This document shows positions 18,389-28,967 of a stretch of 36,835 nt of DNA, piece after piece; positions within the stretch are counted from its first letter, which is position 1; every line of letters begins with the position of its first letter. The stretch is from assembly GCA_029856125.1 (NCBI GenBank), contig JAHQWJ010000061.1, forward strand, positions 1 through 36,835. The letters are read 5' to 3'. The notes beneath the pieces are model-generated. The model worked only from the letters and a program-made list of their open reading frames with translations, had not been told where the DNA came from and did not search any database. The translations under genes were made by a program, and so were the position numbers. Source of the stretch: Promethearchaeia archaeon (GTDB taxonomy: Archaea > Asgardarchaeota > Lokiarchaeia > Sigyniarchaeales > SOKP01).

Positions 18389-19312
18389 ATGAGTGACGAA
18401 ACACATTATACCATTCATAGGAATATGGTCATTCTTCTGATTTCAATCACCATTTTTCTTTTCATTACAAGAATCCTTGTTAATATATTTGACTTTCCGC
18501 TGCTACTTGATGGCTCAAGAGATGTTGATTTTAAAATTCTTCTTCAAGGCTTAAAAAACGGCTTGGTAAATTTCTACGATCCAGTCCCCGTCCCCGAAGG
18601 AGTACCGGATTGGCCTCCTTATTACCTTTACTTCTGGTACTTCATATTTTATCCGATGGGCTTGATTCCGTTTGAAGTAGGTGTATATATATGGGACCTT
18701 TTAAGATTAATTACCAGTAGTTATATAGTTCTCAAGGGTTTTAAATTAATCAAAAACAGAACAAACCTCTTATGGTTTTACTTTGCTATAGCAGTTGGTT
18801 TTTTCATTGACGGATGGTATAATAATTGTAATTTTCTTATCGTTTTCTTCCTCCTTTTTTCTTACACTTCTTTAGAAAAAGATAAGATGTGGTTGTCTGG
18901 AATATTTTTTGCTATTTCCACTATAAAAATTAATTCAATTCTATTTATTCCCGTTTTGTTAATAGCAAAAAAAATTAAAGTCAAAGATCTAATTTACTAT
19001 GTTATACCTTTCATACTCTTGTGTTTGCCATATATAATATTTCCAGATTATTTATTCCAGATGTTAAATAATTGGACAAATACAACTCCTGGAATTCAAG
19101 GGCTTACATTTCTTGATCCTATAATATGGAAAGCGGTTCAACCCTCACATTTAATGTTTTTAGGATTTATGGCTATCATAATATTTGAAAGTCTTGAAAA
19201 GTATAAAAGAAGTGATCAGATAAGAAACGCACTTATTTTGATTCTGATAGCGTTCTATATCTATTTAAGCATAGTAGTGATGATTCTACCAAGTATTTTT
19301 AGTCCAATCTGA
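18389..19312 (+). CDS. Polytopic membrane protein, glycosyltransferase family 87 / DUF2029-like (GT-C)
   Basis: Multiple hydrophobic segments, RDVDF acidic loop, YYLYFW...P, NNCN, IKIN; ATG 18389 likely start. Confidence 0.7.
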   Translation: MSDETHYTIHRNMVILLISITIFLFITRILVNIFDFPLLLDGSRDVDFKILLQGLKNGLVNFYDPVPVPEGVPDWPPYYLYFWYFIFYPMGLIPFEVGVYIWDLLRLITSSYIVLKGFKLIKNRTNLLWFYFAIAVGFFIDGWYNNCNFLIVFFLLFSYTSLEKDKMWLSGIFFAISTIKINSILFIPVLLIAKKIKVKDLIYYVIPFILLCLPYIIFPDYLFQMLNNWTNTTPGIQGLTFLDPIIWKAVQPSHLMFLGFMAIIIFESLEKYKRSDQIRNALILILIAFYIYLSIVVMILPSIFSPI

Positions 19313-22235
19313 GTTTAGATAATTTTTCTTTAAGATAAATTAGTTTTTTCATCGCTTCAACAGGGGTTAAAGTATCAAGATCGATTTCTTTAACGATTTT
19401 TATCAATTCTTTAATTTCATCGTCAGGTAGCGTTTCTCTCATGATTTTTGGTTTAAAAAAAGTAGTTTGTACATATTTTTTTTCCTTATTAACATCATTA
19501 CGCTGTATGTTGTCTAATTGAATAGCTGAATTCGCTCCATTACTTGGGATGTTCGATAATTCGCTCTCAGTTTTAACTAGTTTCTTGGTTATGAGAATCA
19601 GTTCGTCTTCATATTTAGATATTTTGTTTTGTTTTAATTCTAAATCTAAATTCAGTCGATCCAGCATCTTTTGTTTTTCTAAAATAAATTTATCATAATG
19701 TTTACCCTGTAAAACGTCATTTCCGTTATCCTTAACAGTTGCTTTAAACGGATCTTTTTCTTCGATTTGATCTAGAATCTCGAACGCTCTTATGATGACG
19801 TCGTCCGGAATTCCCGCAAGTCTTGCTACGTGAATTCCATAAGATTTATCAGTGCTTCCTAATTTTAGTTTGCGAATGAAATTTATACTTCCATCCTCAT
19901 TTTCAATAATATCAAGGTGATAATTTTTAACTCGAGGTAAGTTAATTTCTGTTAACTGGTGATAATGCGTACTAAAAAGAGTTTTTGCCTTTATTTCGTG
20001 TAATTTTTCCAATGTGGCTAAAGCAATACTCTGACCATCGCTAGTGCTCGTGCCTCTACCTAGCTCATCAATGATTACTAAACTTTTTTGAGTAGCAAAA
20101 TTCAATATCTTCGCAGTTTCAGTCATTTCTATCATGAATGTGCTTAGTTTTCTTGCCAAATCGTCAGAAGCACCAATTCGTGTAAATATGTGATCTATTA
20201 TACCTAAATTTGCAGATTTTGCAGGTACGAAGCTCCCCATTTGAGCAATAATACAGATTAGCGCAACTTGTCTGAGGTAGGTGCTCTTCCCAGCCATATT
20301 TGGACCGGTAATGATCAACATCTGCTCTTTATTCGTATCCATATAACAATCGTTCGGTATAAACCTATCAGAGATATTTATTTGCTCTACTACAGGGTGT
20401 CTTCCTTCTTTAATTAGGATAATGTCTTCTGCATTCATCTTAGGTTTACAATAATTATACTTCTCAGCTACTTCGGCAAAACATGCAAAAACATCGATAA
20501 AAGCTATATTTCTAGCAGTTTCTAATATCTCTAATGTTTTTCCTGCAACCTTCTCTCTTATGCTACAAAAGATATCGTATTCTATTTCGCTTATTTGCTC
20601 TTCAGCTTGAACGATTTTTTCTTCAAGTTTTTTAAGTTGGCTAGTTGTATATCTCCTAGCGTTTTTAAGCGTTTGTCGTTCTATATACTCATCTGGTATT
20701 TTTGGTATTTCTTTTAGAGTTCTAAAAGTGATTTGTATGTAATAGCCTAGTATGTTGTTGTGCCCTACTTTAAAACCCGAATTTAGCCTCCATCTCTCCT
20801 TCTGGGTTTTTTCGTATTCAAGAATATACTTCTTACCATTTTGAAGAATATCTCTTAGTTCATCTACCTTCTCATTAAAACCCGTTTTGATAAGATTACC
20901 CTCCTTTACTGTAGTTGGAGGATTGTCTTTTATAGAAACATCTATTACAGTTCTCGTTTCCTGAAAATCTTTGATTTTATCGTTGAATTTTGAAATTTCT
21001 GGAATATTAGTTTTATCTAATAAGTTTTTAATTTTTGGTATTCTTTCCAATGCATACTTGATGTTTATCAAATCCCGGGCATTACTATTTCTTGCATAAT
21101 TAATTCGGTTGATGAATCTTTCAAGGTCCCCTAAAACTTTTAATTCTTCTCTTAATTCCGATCTTAAGAAAACATCATCCTTGAATTTCTGAACGATATT
21201 AATTCTTTGGTTTATCTCATTTAGATCTGTTAATGGTTGCAGGATAATTTTCTTCAATAATCGAGAACCCATAGGCGTATGTGTCTGATTAAAAATCGAA
21301 TACAACGTGGAATCTCGCCCCTTTTCCCATAGAGAGTTAACTAACTCTAAGTTCCTCTGCGTGATATAATCTATGTGTAATATTTTTTCTTCTCGAATGT
21401 AATTTATCTTGAAAAGGTTTGGAATTACATCTCTCTGAGTTTCTTTTAAAAATGCTAATAATCCTCCTGAAGCTTGAACTGCTAATTCACGATTTTCTAA
21501 ATCAAAACTATTTAAATTGGATATATTGAAATGTCTCTTGAGAAGATCGTACGATTCATCAAATTCAAAAACTGCATCCTCGTAAGTTTTAATTAAAGCA
21601 TTATTCAAATCTGATAATAGCATAAAAAGGCGTTCGTCCTTTTTTATTGCAGTAGGTACGATTAATTCTACTGGATCGTACTGAGAATAGGTGCTAAGTA
21701 TTTTTTCAATAGGATCTTGTTCCTTTTTTAAAAATTCAGTTGTTGAAAATTCACCTGTAGAAAGATCTACGAAGGCAATGCCAAAACCATTTCTTTCCTT
21801 CACAATTGAACAAATGTAGTTGTTCTCGTTCGATTTTAACATATCGGATTCAATAATGGTTCCAGGAGAGAGTATTCGTACTACCCCCCGCTTTACGATC
21901 CTACCTTTCACTGTGGCAGGATCCTCTAATTGATCGACGACAACGACAGTTTGGCCTAAATTCACTAAATTTTTTAAATAATTACCTGCGTGGTGAGGAA
22001 TTCCAGCAAGAGGATACGCATCTTTTCCTATTTTTCGTTTAGTTAAGGTGATGCCTAAAAGTTTAGAAACCCTAACAGCATCATCGTAAAAAAACTCGTA
22101 GAAATCTCCCATTCGATAGGCAATAATATGGTCGGGGTACTTATCTTTATGATTCTGCTTAACACTGTACCAATGTTTCATCATAGGAGTTAAATTTTTA
22201 AAGTTCCTATCCGCTATCGAATCTTCATTAGGCAT
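19299..22235 (-). CDS. mutS: DNA mismatch repair protein MutS (MutS1 type)
   Basis: TPMMKHW, GDFYEFF, EGRHPVVE, TGPNMAGKSTYLRQ, STFMIEM, DELGRGTS, SYGIHVARLAG, LTPVEAM. Confidence 0.97.
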   Translation of the reverse strand: MPNEDSIADRNFKNLTPMMKHWYSVKQNHKDKYPDHIIAYRMGDFYEFFYDDAVRVSKLLGITLTKRKIGKDAYPLAGIPHHAGNYLKNLVNLGQTVVVVDQLEDPATVKGRIVKRGVVRILSPGTIIESDMLKSNENNYICSIVKERNGFGIAFVDLSTGEFSTTEFLKKEQDPIEKILSTYSQYDPVELIVPTAIKKDERLFMLLSDLNNALIKTYEDAVFEFDESYDLLKRHFNISNLNSFDLENRELAVQASGGLLAFLKETQRDVIPNLFKINYIREEKILHIDYITQRNLELVNSLWEKGRDSTLYSIFNQTHTPMGSRLLKKIILQPLTDLNEINQRINIVQKFKDDVFLRSELREELKVLGDLERFINRINYARNSNARDLINIKYALERIPKIKNLLDKTNIPEISKFNDKIKDFQETRTVIDVSIKDNPPTTVKEGNLIKTGFNEKVDELRDILQNGKKYILEYEKTQKERWRLNSGFKVGHNNILGYYIQITFRTLKEIPKIPDEYIERQTLKNARRYTTSQLKKLEEKIVQAEEQISEIEYDIFCSIREKVAGKTLEILETARNIAFIDVFACFAEVAEKYNYCKPKMNAEDIILIKEGRHPVVEQINISDRFIPNDCYMDTNKEQMLIITGPNMAGKSTYLRQVALICIIAQMGSFVPAKSANLGIIDHIFTRIGASDDLARKLSTFMIEMTETAKILNFATQKSLVIIDELGRGTSTSDGQSIALATLEKLHEIKAKTLFSTHYHQLTEINLPRVKNYHLDIIENEDGSINFIRKLKLGSTDKSYGIHVARLAGIPDDVIIRAFEILDQIEEKDPFKATVKDNGNDVLQGKHYDKFILEKQKMLDRLNLDLELKQNKISKYEDELILITKKLVKTESELSNIPSNGANSAIQLDNIQRNDVNKEKKYVQTTFFKPKIMRETLPDDEIKELIKIVKEIDLDTLTPVEAMKKLIYLKEKLSKLRLD

Positions 22236-22365
22236 TATAACAAAAGAATCAATTTTTAAAATTAAATATTACAAGAGTATAAGTTTTTAAAAGAAATATA
22301 TAATTTTTATTAGAATTTTAATAATACATAATTTAAAATTATAAAATGTCAAAGAATTGAGAAGA

Positions 22366-23157
22366 ATGTCTGAAGAAAATATCATTTTATATGAATTGAA
22401 AGGCAAAGTTGCAACTATTGTTTTAAATAGACCAGCTGCTGCTCATTCATTTAATTTGGATTTAATGAAAAAATTATATACTAAGCTCGTAGAAGCCGAA
22501 GAAGATGAAAGAGTTAAGTGCATCTTGTTAAAAAGTATCGGTAATCGAATGTTCAGTGCAGGAATTGATATTAAATCTAAATCTCTTGATGGTAACAAAG
22601 AATATTTCGAAGAAATGAAGGTTTATGGGAGATCCATCACACAAAAAATGTTAATTATGAAAAAACCTATAATTGTTCAAGTTCAAGGCACGGCTATAGG
22701 ATTTGGGATGGAACTAATAATGGCATCTGACTTGCGAATATTTGCCAATAGACCAAAAAAAGAAATGTTCTTTAGAATGCCGGAAATAGCAATCTCTATT
22801 TATCCTCAGACAGGAGCGACAATACTACCTTTGCTAGCGTTTGGTCTATCGTACGCTAAAAACATTTTATTTACAGCTGATGAGTTCGGATTGGGTGACC
22901 TTAAAAAATTTAATTTTCCGACAAGAATTTTCCCTTTAGACAAATTAGATATAGAAACTAAGAAATTTGTGAGAACTTTTAGTAAGAGAATGGATTCTTT
23001 TATGTTCTTGATTAAATCCTCGCTAAATATAATGAACACGAAATATATTGAGAGATGGTTCGATCTAGAGGACGAATGCGGAAAAATAGCATACGATAAA
23101 AAAACAGTGAAGGAACTTGATGAGTTTATAAAAACCTTATATAGCAAATATCCGTAG
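22366..23157 (+). CDS. Enoyl-CoA hydratase/isomerase family protein
   Basis: LNRP, FSAGIDI, KPIIVQVQG, AIGFGMELIMASDLR, FRMPEI; ATG 22366 preferred. Confidence 0.9.
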   Translation: MSEENIILYELKGKVATIVLNRPAAAHSFNLDLMKKLYTKLVEAEEDERVKCILLKSIGNRMFSAGIDIKSKSLDGNKEYFEEMKVYGRSITQKMLIMKKPIIVQVQGTAIGFGMELIMASDLRIFANRPKKEMFFRMPEIAISIYPQTGATILPLLAFGLSYAKNILFTADEFGLGDLKKFNFPTRIFPLDKLDIETKKFVRTFSKRMDSFMFLIKSSLNIMNTKYIERWFDLEDECGKIAYDKKTVKELDEFIKTLYSKYP

Positions 23158-23182
23158 ATATCAAATAAATTTCAAAATTTAC

Positions 23183-24040
23183 TTATTTTTGTGTTTTAAT
23201 GTGTTTTTCAAGCCATATGAACATATCTTGAAAGACTTGTGCTCTCCCTTTTTCTTGCCATAATTCATGAAGAAGCCCATCGTATTCCCGATATGTTTTA
23301 TCAGTACTCTTAATTCCTTCGAAAAATTTCTTATTTGTTTCCTTATCAACCAGTTTATCATTTCCTGCTTGTAAAATAAGGGTAGGACATAATAAATCCC
23401 GTGCGTTTTCGAGAGTCCACTTCATTGATCTTTCAATCTCAGCAGCAGATCTCCAAGATATCTTATTAATTCTCTTCTTATCTGATATGTGTTTTCGTAA
23501 AATTTTAATATCGCTCGTTAAGAGATTCTGTTCAATGTCTCTTTCCATCGTTTTATTCGGAGATATCAAAGAGATTGGTCCCGTTATTTTTCTACCCAGT
23601 TTTCTACTAAGCGAGAAATCTTTGATGTATTTTAATAGGGGTGAAGATGCTATTACACCAGGTATCGATGGGTGATTTATAGCAAAAATTAAAGACAATA
23701 AAGCCCCAAATGCGTGTCCCATTAAGAAAATTTTCTTGTCATTAGCGTGCTTTTTTATTAAATCCATAAATAGTACGATATCTTTTTGAATATGGTCCAT
23801 ACTATCAATGTGTCCAGGGAAGGCTCCTGAATTTCTCCAATGCCCTCTGATATCGAAAGCGTAGATGGCATAACCCTTTTCTGTGAAATATTCTGCTGGA
23901 ACATTTATTCTATCTGAATGTGTACCCCATCCATGCAATGCAATTATGTAAGCTTTAATCATTTCAGAATCGGGCAGCCATTTCTGATAAAATAACTTCT
24001 TAGTTTCTCTACCTTCAAAAAACCCGTTTTGGTTAATCAT
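23183..24040 (-). CDS. Lysophospholipase/monoglyceride lipase-like alpha/beta hydrolase, nucleophile motif altered (GHAFG)
   Basis: HGWGTHSDR, FDIRGHW, GHAFGA, PTLILQAGNDKLV, LLHELWQE. Confidence 0.88.
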   Translation of the reverse strand: MINQNGFFEGRETKKLFYQKWLPDSEMIKAYIIALHGWGTHSDRINVPAEYFTEKGYAIYAFDIRGHWRNSGAFPGHIDSMDHIQKDIVLFMDLIKKHANDKKIFLMGHAFGALLSLIFAINHPSIPGVIASSPLLKYIKDFSLSRKLGRKITGPISLISPNKTMERDIEQNLLTSDIKILRKHISDKKRINKISWRSAAEIERSMKWTLENARDLLCPTLILQAGNDKLVDKETNKKFFEGIKSTDKTYREYDGLLHELWQEKGRAQVFQDMFIWLEKHIKTQK

Positions 24041-24243
24041 TACTTTGATTTAGCAGAAAATTTTTGATTGATTATTCTTTGTTATGATTCATTATCTTTA
24101 TACTTTTTAACACGATTGAATTCATTCAATGAATCGTGAAGCCCTAAAGCTATAAATTACAAAAGTTTTTTATTTTTAAATAAACTCTTTAAGTAATAAG
24201 AATCTCACGAAGCAATAATGTAGAATTATTTTAGGTTTTTAAG

Positions 24244-24831
24244 ATGAGCAAATTAGAATTGATTAAAATTGTACTCCTTGGTAGAGGGGGTATGGGTATA
24301 GTAACAGCATGTGAAATCATCGCGGAAGCCGCTTATTTAAGTGGAAATTTCATTGATGTCCATGCATATCCCTCTTTTGGAGCTGAAAGGAGGGGAGCTC
24401 CAGTCCAAGCTTATGTTAAGTTATCTAGACGTGAAAAAGTGTATGATAGAGCACAAATTGAAAATCCAGATATACTAATTGTTTTTGATGATAGTGTTTT
24501 AACCCAAGTAGATGTTGATTCCCTCGAAGATCGTGGCATTTTTATCGTTAATTCTGATAAAAATCCCGAATATTTTGTTGAAAAATTTAACCTCAGTAGC
24601 AATACAAGGGTTATTGTTGCTGATATTAGTAAATTATCCCTTGAAAAGAACCTCACCATCGATGGAAGCCCAGTTATCAATACACCTATTTTAGGCTTAC
24701 TATCAAAAGCATTACCAGAACTACAACTAGAGAACCTTAAAGGTGTTGTATTAGACAGAATGGGAGAACAATTAGGAAACATAAACTTTTATCTAATTGA
24801 GCAAGGTTATAACATGGCAAAACTTTTGTAA
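24244..24831 (+). CDS. porG: 2-oxoacid:ferredoxin oxidoreductase gamma subunit
   Basis: GRGGMGIVT, PSFGAERRGAPV, PDILIVFD, INTPILG. Confidence 0.9.
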   Translation: MSKLELIKIVLLGRGGMGIVTACEIIAEAAYLSGNFIDVHAYPSFGAERRGAPVQAYVKLSRREKVYDRAQIENPDILIVFDDSVLTQVDVDSLEDRGIFIVNSDKNPEYFVEKFNLSSNTRVIVADISKLSLEKNLTIDGSPVINTPILGLLSKALPELQLENLKGVVLDRMGEQLGNINFYLIEQGYNMAKLL

Positions 24832-24850
24832 ATGTTCTTTTGTAGATAAA

Positions 24851-27103
24851 TCATGTAATTGGTAGTCTTACAATGAAGGTGCTACCTTTATTTCTTCCCT
24901 CGGATTCAGCCCTTATTTCGCCCTCGTGAGAATCAACTATTTCTTTTGAAATGTGTAAACCCAAACCAGTGCCTTGGATATCAATATATTCAAATCCTTC
25001 TCCGTATCTCTCTAATTTGCCAAATTTCGTAAATAACATATCCATTTCCTTTGGAGATATCCCGATCCCTGTATCACATATTGAAAATTCAGCGAAGTTC
25101 TCTTTCTTTATCAACTTGATTACAATCTCACCATTTGGTGGTGTATTTTTAATAGCGTTCGACAAAAGATTCATAATCACCTGTTCAATCCTAACGAGAT
25201 CTAAATTAATCTGGAACGATTCTGGTAATAGAAGCATTAAATTTAGTTTTCTATCCTTAATAGAATAATTTAATTCTTTAGAGATTTCCCGAATTATAGC
25301 GCTGAGATCGTTGGGAGTTTTTACAATTTTAAATTTCTCATAGTCTATTCTGGAGATATCAATCAAATTGTCGACTAAATATTTTAGTCTTTTTCCTCCT
25401 TTTTCTATTAGTCCAATTATTTCTAATTCTTCCTTACTTAACTGTTCTCCATAGAGTGTTAAAAGAAGTTCGCATCCTCCACTTACAGAAACGAGCGGTG
25501 TTTTTAGCTCGTGGGACACCCTCGAAATCAAATTTTTCCTGATTTGGTCAAGTTCTTTTAATTTTAGCATTTCTTCTTCTACGAGAATCTCAGCTACCTT
25601 TTTTGCTGTTACATCTGTAAATAAGGCTTGGACGTAAGTTTTATCGTTTATTTTTGTTAGGGCTGCTTGTAAATTTACCCAAAATACCACACCATCTTTT
25701 TTATTAATCTTTAAATCCATTCGATGGAATTTTTCGCCTTTAACGAACTTTCTAAAAACTTTGAGAAGATTTGGTAAATAATCTTTATGTATTATAGGAA
25801 AATTCATAAATTTTTTACCAATTATTTCATGTCTATCGTATCCAAACATTTCTTTAGCTTTTAAGTTCATGTCTACAACAACTCCTTGAGTATTAATTAA
25901 TACAACCGAGAAGGGTGTGTTATCATACAAATTGCGATATTTTTTTTCAGATTCTCGGAGTTTTTTTTCTAAATTGTATTTTTCCGTGATATCGATAAAG
26001 GTCCCTTCAATTCCATAATTCTTCCCTTGTTTATCAAACATTATATGAGAGTTTAATTGAACAACGACCTTTTTGCCATTCTTTGTTAAAGAAGGGCAAA
26101 TATAGTTCTTTGCATATGTATCTCTTAATATCTGTTCTTTATATTGCTCCCGATCTTCGGGAAATAGCCAAAAATCTGTTACTTTTTTACCTATTAAACT
26201 CTCTGAAAGGTCGTACTCTAAAATCTTATTGTGTGCGGGATTGTGATTTATCATTATTCCATCAAGAGTAACTTGATAAAAACCTACATCTAAATTATTA
26301 ATCATGTTACGATATTTAAGCTCGGATTCTTTTAATCGTTCCTCTGCTTTTTTTCTTTCTGTTATATCTTCGGTTCGCACAACTATTAAATCTGGATCGA
26401 CATAGCTATAATTTACAAGGAGAAATTTTTCTTCCTTAGAGAATTGAAATCGATAATTAATTTCTCGCCTAATATGAGTTTTATCATTCAAACACAAATG
26501 TAAATCATTTAAAATGTCTATGCGATCCTTGTACATATCAGTGGCTTTATTTCCTATATAATTTTCTATGTTCCCATTAGTTATTTTTGACGCAGCGTTG
26601 TTGTAATTAATTAAAATAAAATTACCTTCCACATTTTTCCAAGTATACGCGGGTATGGATCCTTCTTTAAACAATGCTTTGAACATATCTGCTGATTCCC
26701 TTATTTTTTTTTCTGCTATTTTACGTTCCGTTATATTTTTAGCTACCCCTAATATGGCGTATATTTCATCATCTTTCTTAAGAGGAATCCCATAAGTTTC
26801 TATGTAAATGAAATCACCCATTTTTGTTTTAAGTTTATACTCGCTCTGGGCAGATTGTTTTCCTGTTTTTCTTATTTCCTTCGTAACTTTGTATGCTTTG
26901 ATCAAATTATCTCTGTCCAGCATATCAATAAAAGAAATATTAGGGATATCTTCTTTATCCATACCAAGAGCAATTAATGTTAAATCACTAGCATCAAGGA
27001 AATTGCCATTCATATCGTTCACGTAAATTAAATCTAACGAGTGTTCAAATAATGCTTTGTATTTTTCTCTAACTTCTTCTCTATTATACTCTATCTCTAT
27101 CAC
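24851..27103 (-). CDS. Cytoplasmic multi-PAS (about 4) sensor histidine kinase
   Basis: Repeated PAS ends (NITERK, DITERK, DITEK, DVTAKK), H-box SHELKTPL, NLLSNAIK, DTGIGI, GTGLGL; no TM segment. Confidence 0.93.
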   Translation of the reverse strand: MIEIEYNREEVREKYKALFEHSLDLIYVNDMNGNFLDASDLTLIALGMDKEDIPNISFIDMLDRDNLIKAYKVTKEIRKTGKQSAQSEYKLKTKMGDFIYIETYGIPLKKDDEIYAILGVAKNITERKIAEKKIRESADMFKALFKEGSIPAYTWKNVEGNFILINYNNAASKITNGNIENYIGNKATDMYKDRIDILNDLHLCLNDKTHIRREINYRFQFSKEEKFLLVNYSYVDPDLIVVRTEDITERKKAEERLKESELKYRNMINNLDVGFYQVTLDGIMINHNPAHNKILEYDLSESLIGKKVTDFWLFPEDREQYKEQILRDTYAKNYICPSLTKNGKKVVVQLNSHIMFDKQGKNYGIEGTFIDITEKYNLEKKLRESEKKYRNLYDNTPFSVVLINTQGVVVDMNLKAKEMFGYDRHEIIGKKFMNFPIIHKDYLPNLLKVFRKFVKGEKFHRMDLKINKKDGVVFWVNLQAALTKINDKTYVQALFTDVTAKKVAEILVEEEMLKLKELDQIRKNLISRVSHELKTPLVSVSGGCELLLTLYGEQLSKEELEIIGLIEKGGKRLKYLVDNLIDISRIDYEKFKIVKTPNDLSAIIREISKELNYSIKDRKLNLMLLLPESFQINLDLVRIEQVIMNLLSNAIKNTPPNGEIVIKLIKKENFAEFSICDTGIGISPKEMDMLFTKFGKLERYGEGFEYIDIQGTGLGLHISKEIVDSHEGEIRAESEGRNKGSTFIVRLPIT

Positions 27104-27370
27104 CTAAAGGTGTGAAATTTATTCATAACTGGTGTTATTCTAAAGAGATAATGAAATTGTTGAATATAAATTTCTATCGATTTCCAAATATTATAATTCT
27201 AACTTCAAATAATTGGGATTTATGCATCTAGTTTCTTCCTCGTTAATTCGAAAAAATGATATTTTAATTAATATTTGAGGTAAATCCCTATTTCAATTAA
27301 TAGGAAGAGTTTTATTACAATAGATACTAATTTTTATATCGGTTATTATTCACTAAATTGTGTGATATCT

Positions 27371-27670
27371 ATGGTTGACACGAAAAAAGATTATCAAAAA
27401 ATCTTGGGTTCTGTTCAAAAGCCTGTTAAAGGAGAAGCTGGAAAAACTGGAACTTGGAGCCCTAAAAAACCAATAATAGATCTAGAAAAATGTATTCCCG
27501 TAAAATCTGGAAAACCTAGTTGCTTTAATTGTTGGTTGTATTGTCCAGAAGCAGTAGTAACTAGAACTATACCTCCAGAAATAGATTTAGAATTTTGTAA
27601 GGGTTGCGGAATCTGCCAGGAGGAATGTCCTGTAAAAGCAATTTCAATGGAAGAGGTGAAAATTGAGTGA
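27371..27670 (+). CDS. porD: 2-oxoacid:ferredoxin oxidoreductase delta subunit
   Basis: KTGTW, CFNCWLYCPE, CKGCGICQEECP; ATG 27371 preferred. Confidence 0.9.
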   Translation: MVDTKKDYQKILGSVQKPVKGEAGKTGTWSPKKPIIDLEKCIPVKSGKPSCFNCWLYCPEAVVTRTIPPEIDLEFCKGCGICQEECPVKAISMEEVKIE

Positions 27671-28962
27671 CAGTTACAGAAAAAAAATCAGCAATAAGCG
27701 ACAAGAAAAAAAAAATTTTGACTGGGAATCATGCTGCAGCCCACGCTCTTAGACAAGCAAGAGTTGGAGTTATTGCTGCTTATCCTATAACACCACAAAG
27801 TCCTGTCGTTGAAAAAATAGCGGAATTCGTTTCAGAAGGTAAAATTAAAACCCGTTTTGTTAAAGTAGAGTCAGAACATTCTGCTATGGCAGTATGTTGT
27901 GCTGCTTCCGCTACCGGGTCAAGAGTTGGTACGGCAACTTCGTCCCATGGCTTAATGTTGATGTATGAAATGTTGCCTTGGGCTTCTGGCAATAGATTAC
28001 CAATTGTTGTAAATTTAGCAACCAGAGCTACTGGTGCTCCATGGTCTGTCTGGACAGATCACCAAGATTTTATTACGATACGAGATGTAGGCTGGATTCA
28101 GATGTTTTGTATGGATAATCAAGAAATTTACGACACCAACATACAAGCGTTTAAGATAGCGGAAGATCCTCGGGTTTTTCTTCCAACGGTAGTCGCGTAC
28201 GATGGGTATATCTTGTCTCATACGATGATGCCTGTTTCTATAGAAAAACAAGACGAAATTGACGAATTTTTGCCTCCACTAAAACATCACATAAATCTAT
28301 CTGATGTTTCTGTAGTAAAAGGGATTGATCCAGTAACGACACCCCATATAAGAGATAGAGGAAATGAAGGTACTGTCCCGGGATATTTTGAATATAGATA
28401 TGCAATGCAAAAAGCTCTTGAAAATTCAATTGAAATCATAATGAATGTTCACGATGAATTTTCAGAAAAATTTGGACGATCCTATGGAAATGGAATTTAT
28501 AAAACCTATTTAACGGAAGACGCTGATGTCCTAATATTCTCGATGGGGTCAGTTGCTTCTCAAGCCAGAAATGTTATTAGTAAACTTCGTAAAGACGGAT
28601 TAAAAGTTGGTTTAATTAGTTTAAAATTATTCAGACCGTTCCCGGTTTTGCAATTGAGAAATTTGTTCAAAGATACGAAACTCGTAGTAGTTTTTGATAG
28701 GGATATTGGTTATGGCTATGAAGGAGTTTTATCATACGAATTAAAGGCAGCTCTATACGGTTTAAAGCAAAGCCCGTTTATTAAAGGTTTTATAGTAGGA
28801 TTAGGCGGTAGAGACGTTACTGATCAGCATATAATCCAAGGAGTGACCAAAGCAATTAACGAATCAGAAAAAGGAATTGTATCTCATGAAACCGATTTTA
28901 TCGGTTTAAAATTAGATCACCTTGGTGATTATGACGAAAAAGATTATTTTAAAGGAGGCTAA
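27667..28962 (+). CDS. porA: 2-oxoacid:ferredoxin oxidoreductase alpha subunit
   Basis: AYPITPQS, VESEHSAM, TATSSHG, DGYILSH, GLGGRD. Confidence 0.94.
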   Translation: MTVTEKKSAISDKKKKILTGNHAAAHALRQARVGVIAAYPITPQSPVVEKIAEFVSEGKIKTRFVKVESEHSAMAVCCAASATGSRVGTATSSHGLMLMYEMLPWASGNRLPIVVNLATRATGAPWSVWTDHQDFITIRDVGWIQMFCMDNQEIYDTNIQAFKIAEDPRVFLPTVVAYDGYILSHTMMPVSIEKQDEIDEFLPPLKHHINLSDVSVVKGIDPVTTPHIRDRGNEGTVPGYFEYRYAMQKALENSIEIIMNVHDEFSEKFGRSYGNGIYKTYLTEDADVLIFSMGSVASQARNVISKLRKDGLKVGLISLKLFRPFPVLQLRNLFKDTKLVVVFDRDIGYGYEGVLSYELKAALYGLKQSPFIKGFIVGLGGRDVTDQHIIQGVTKAINESEKGIVSHETDFIGLKLDHLGDYDEKDYFKGG

Positions 28963-28967
28963 AAAAG

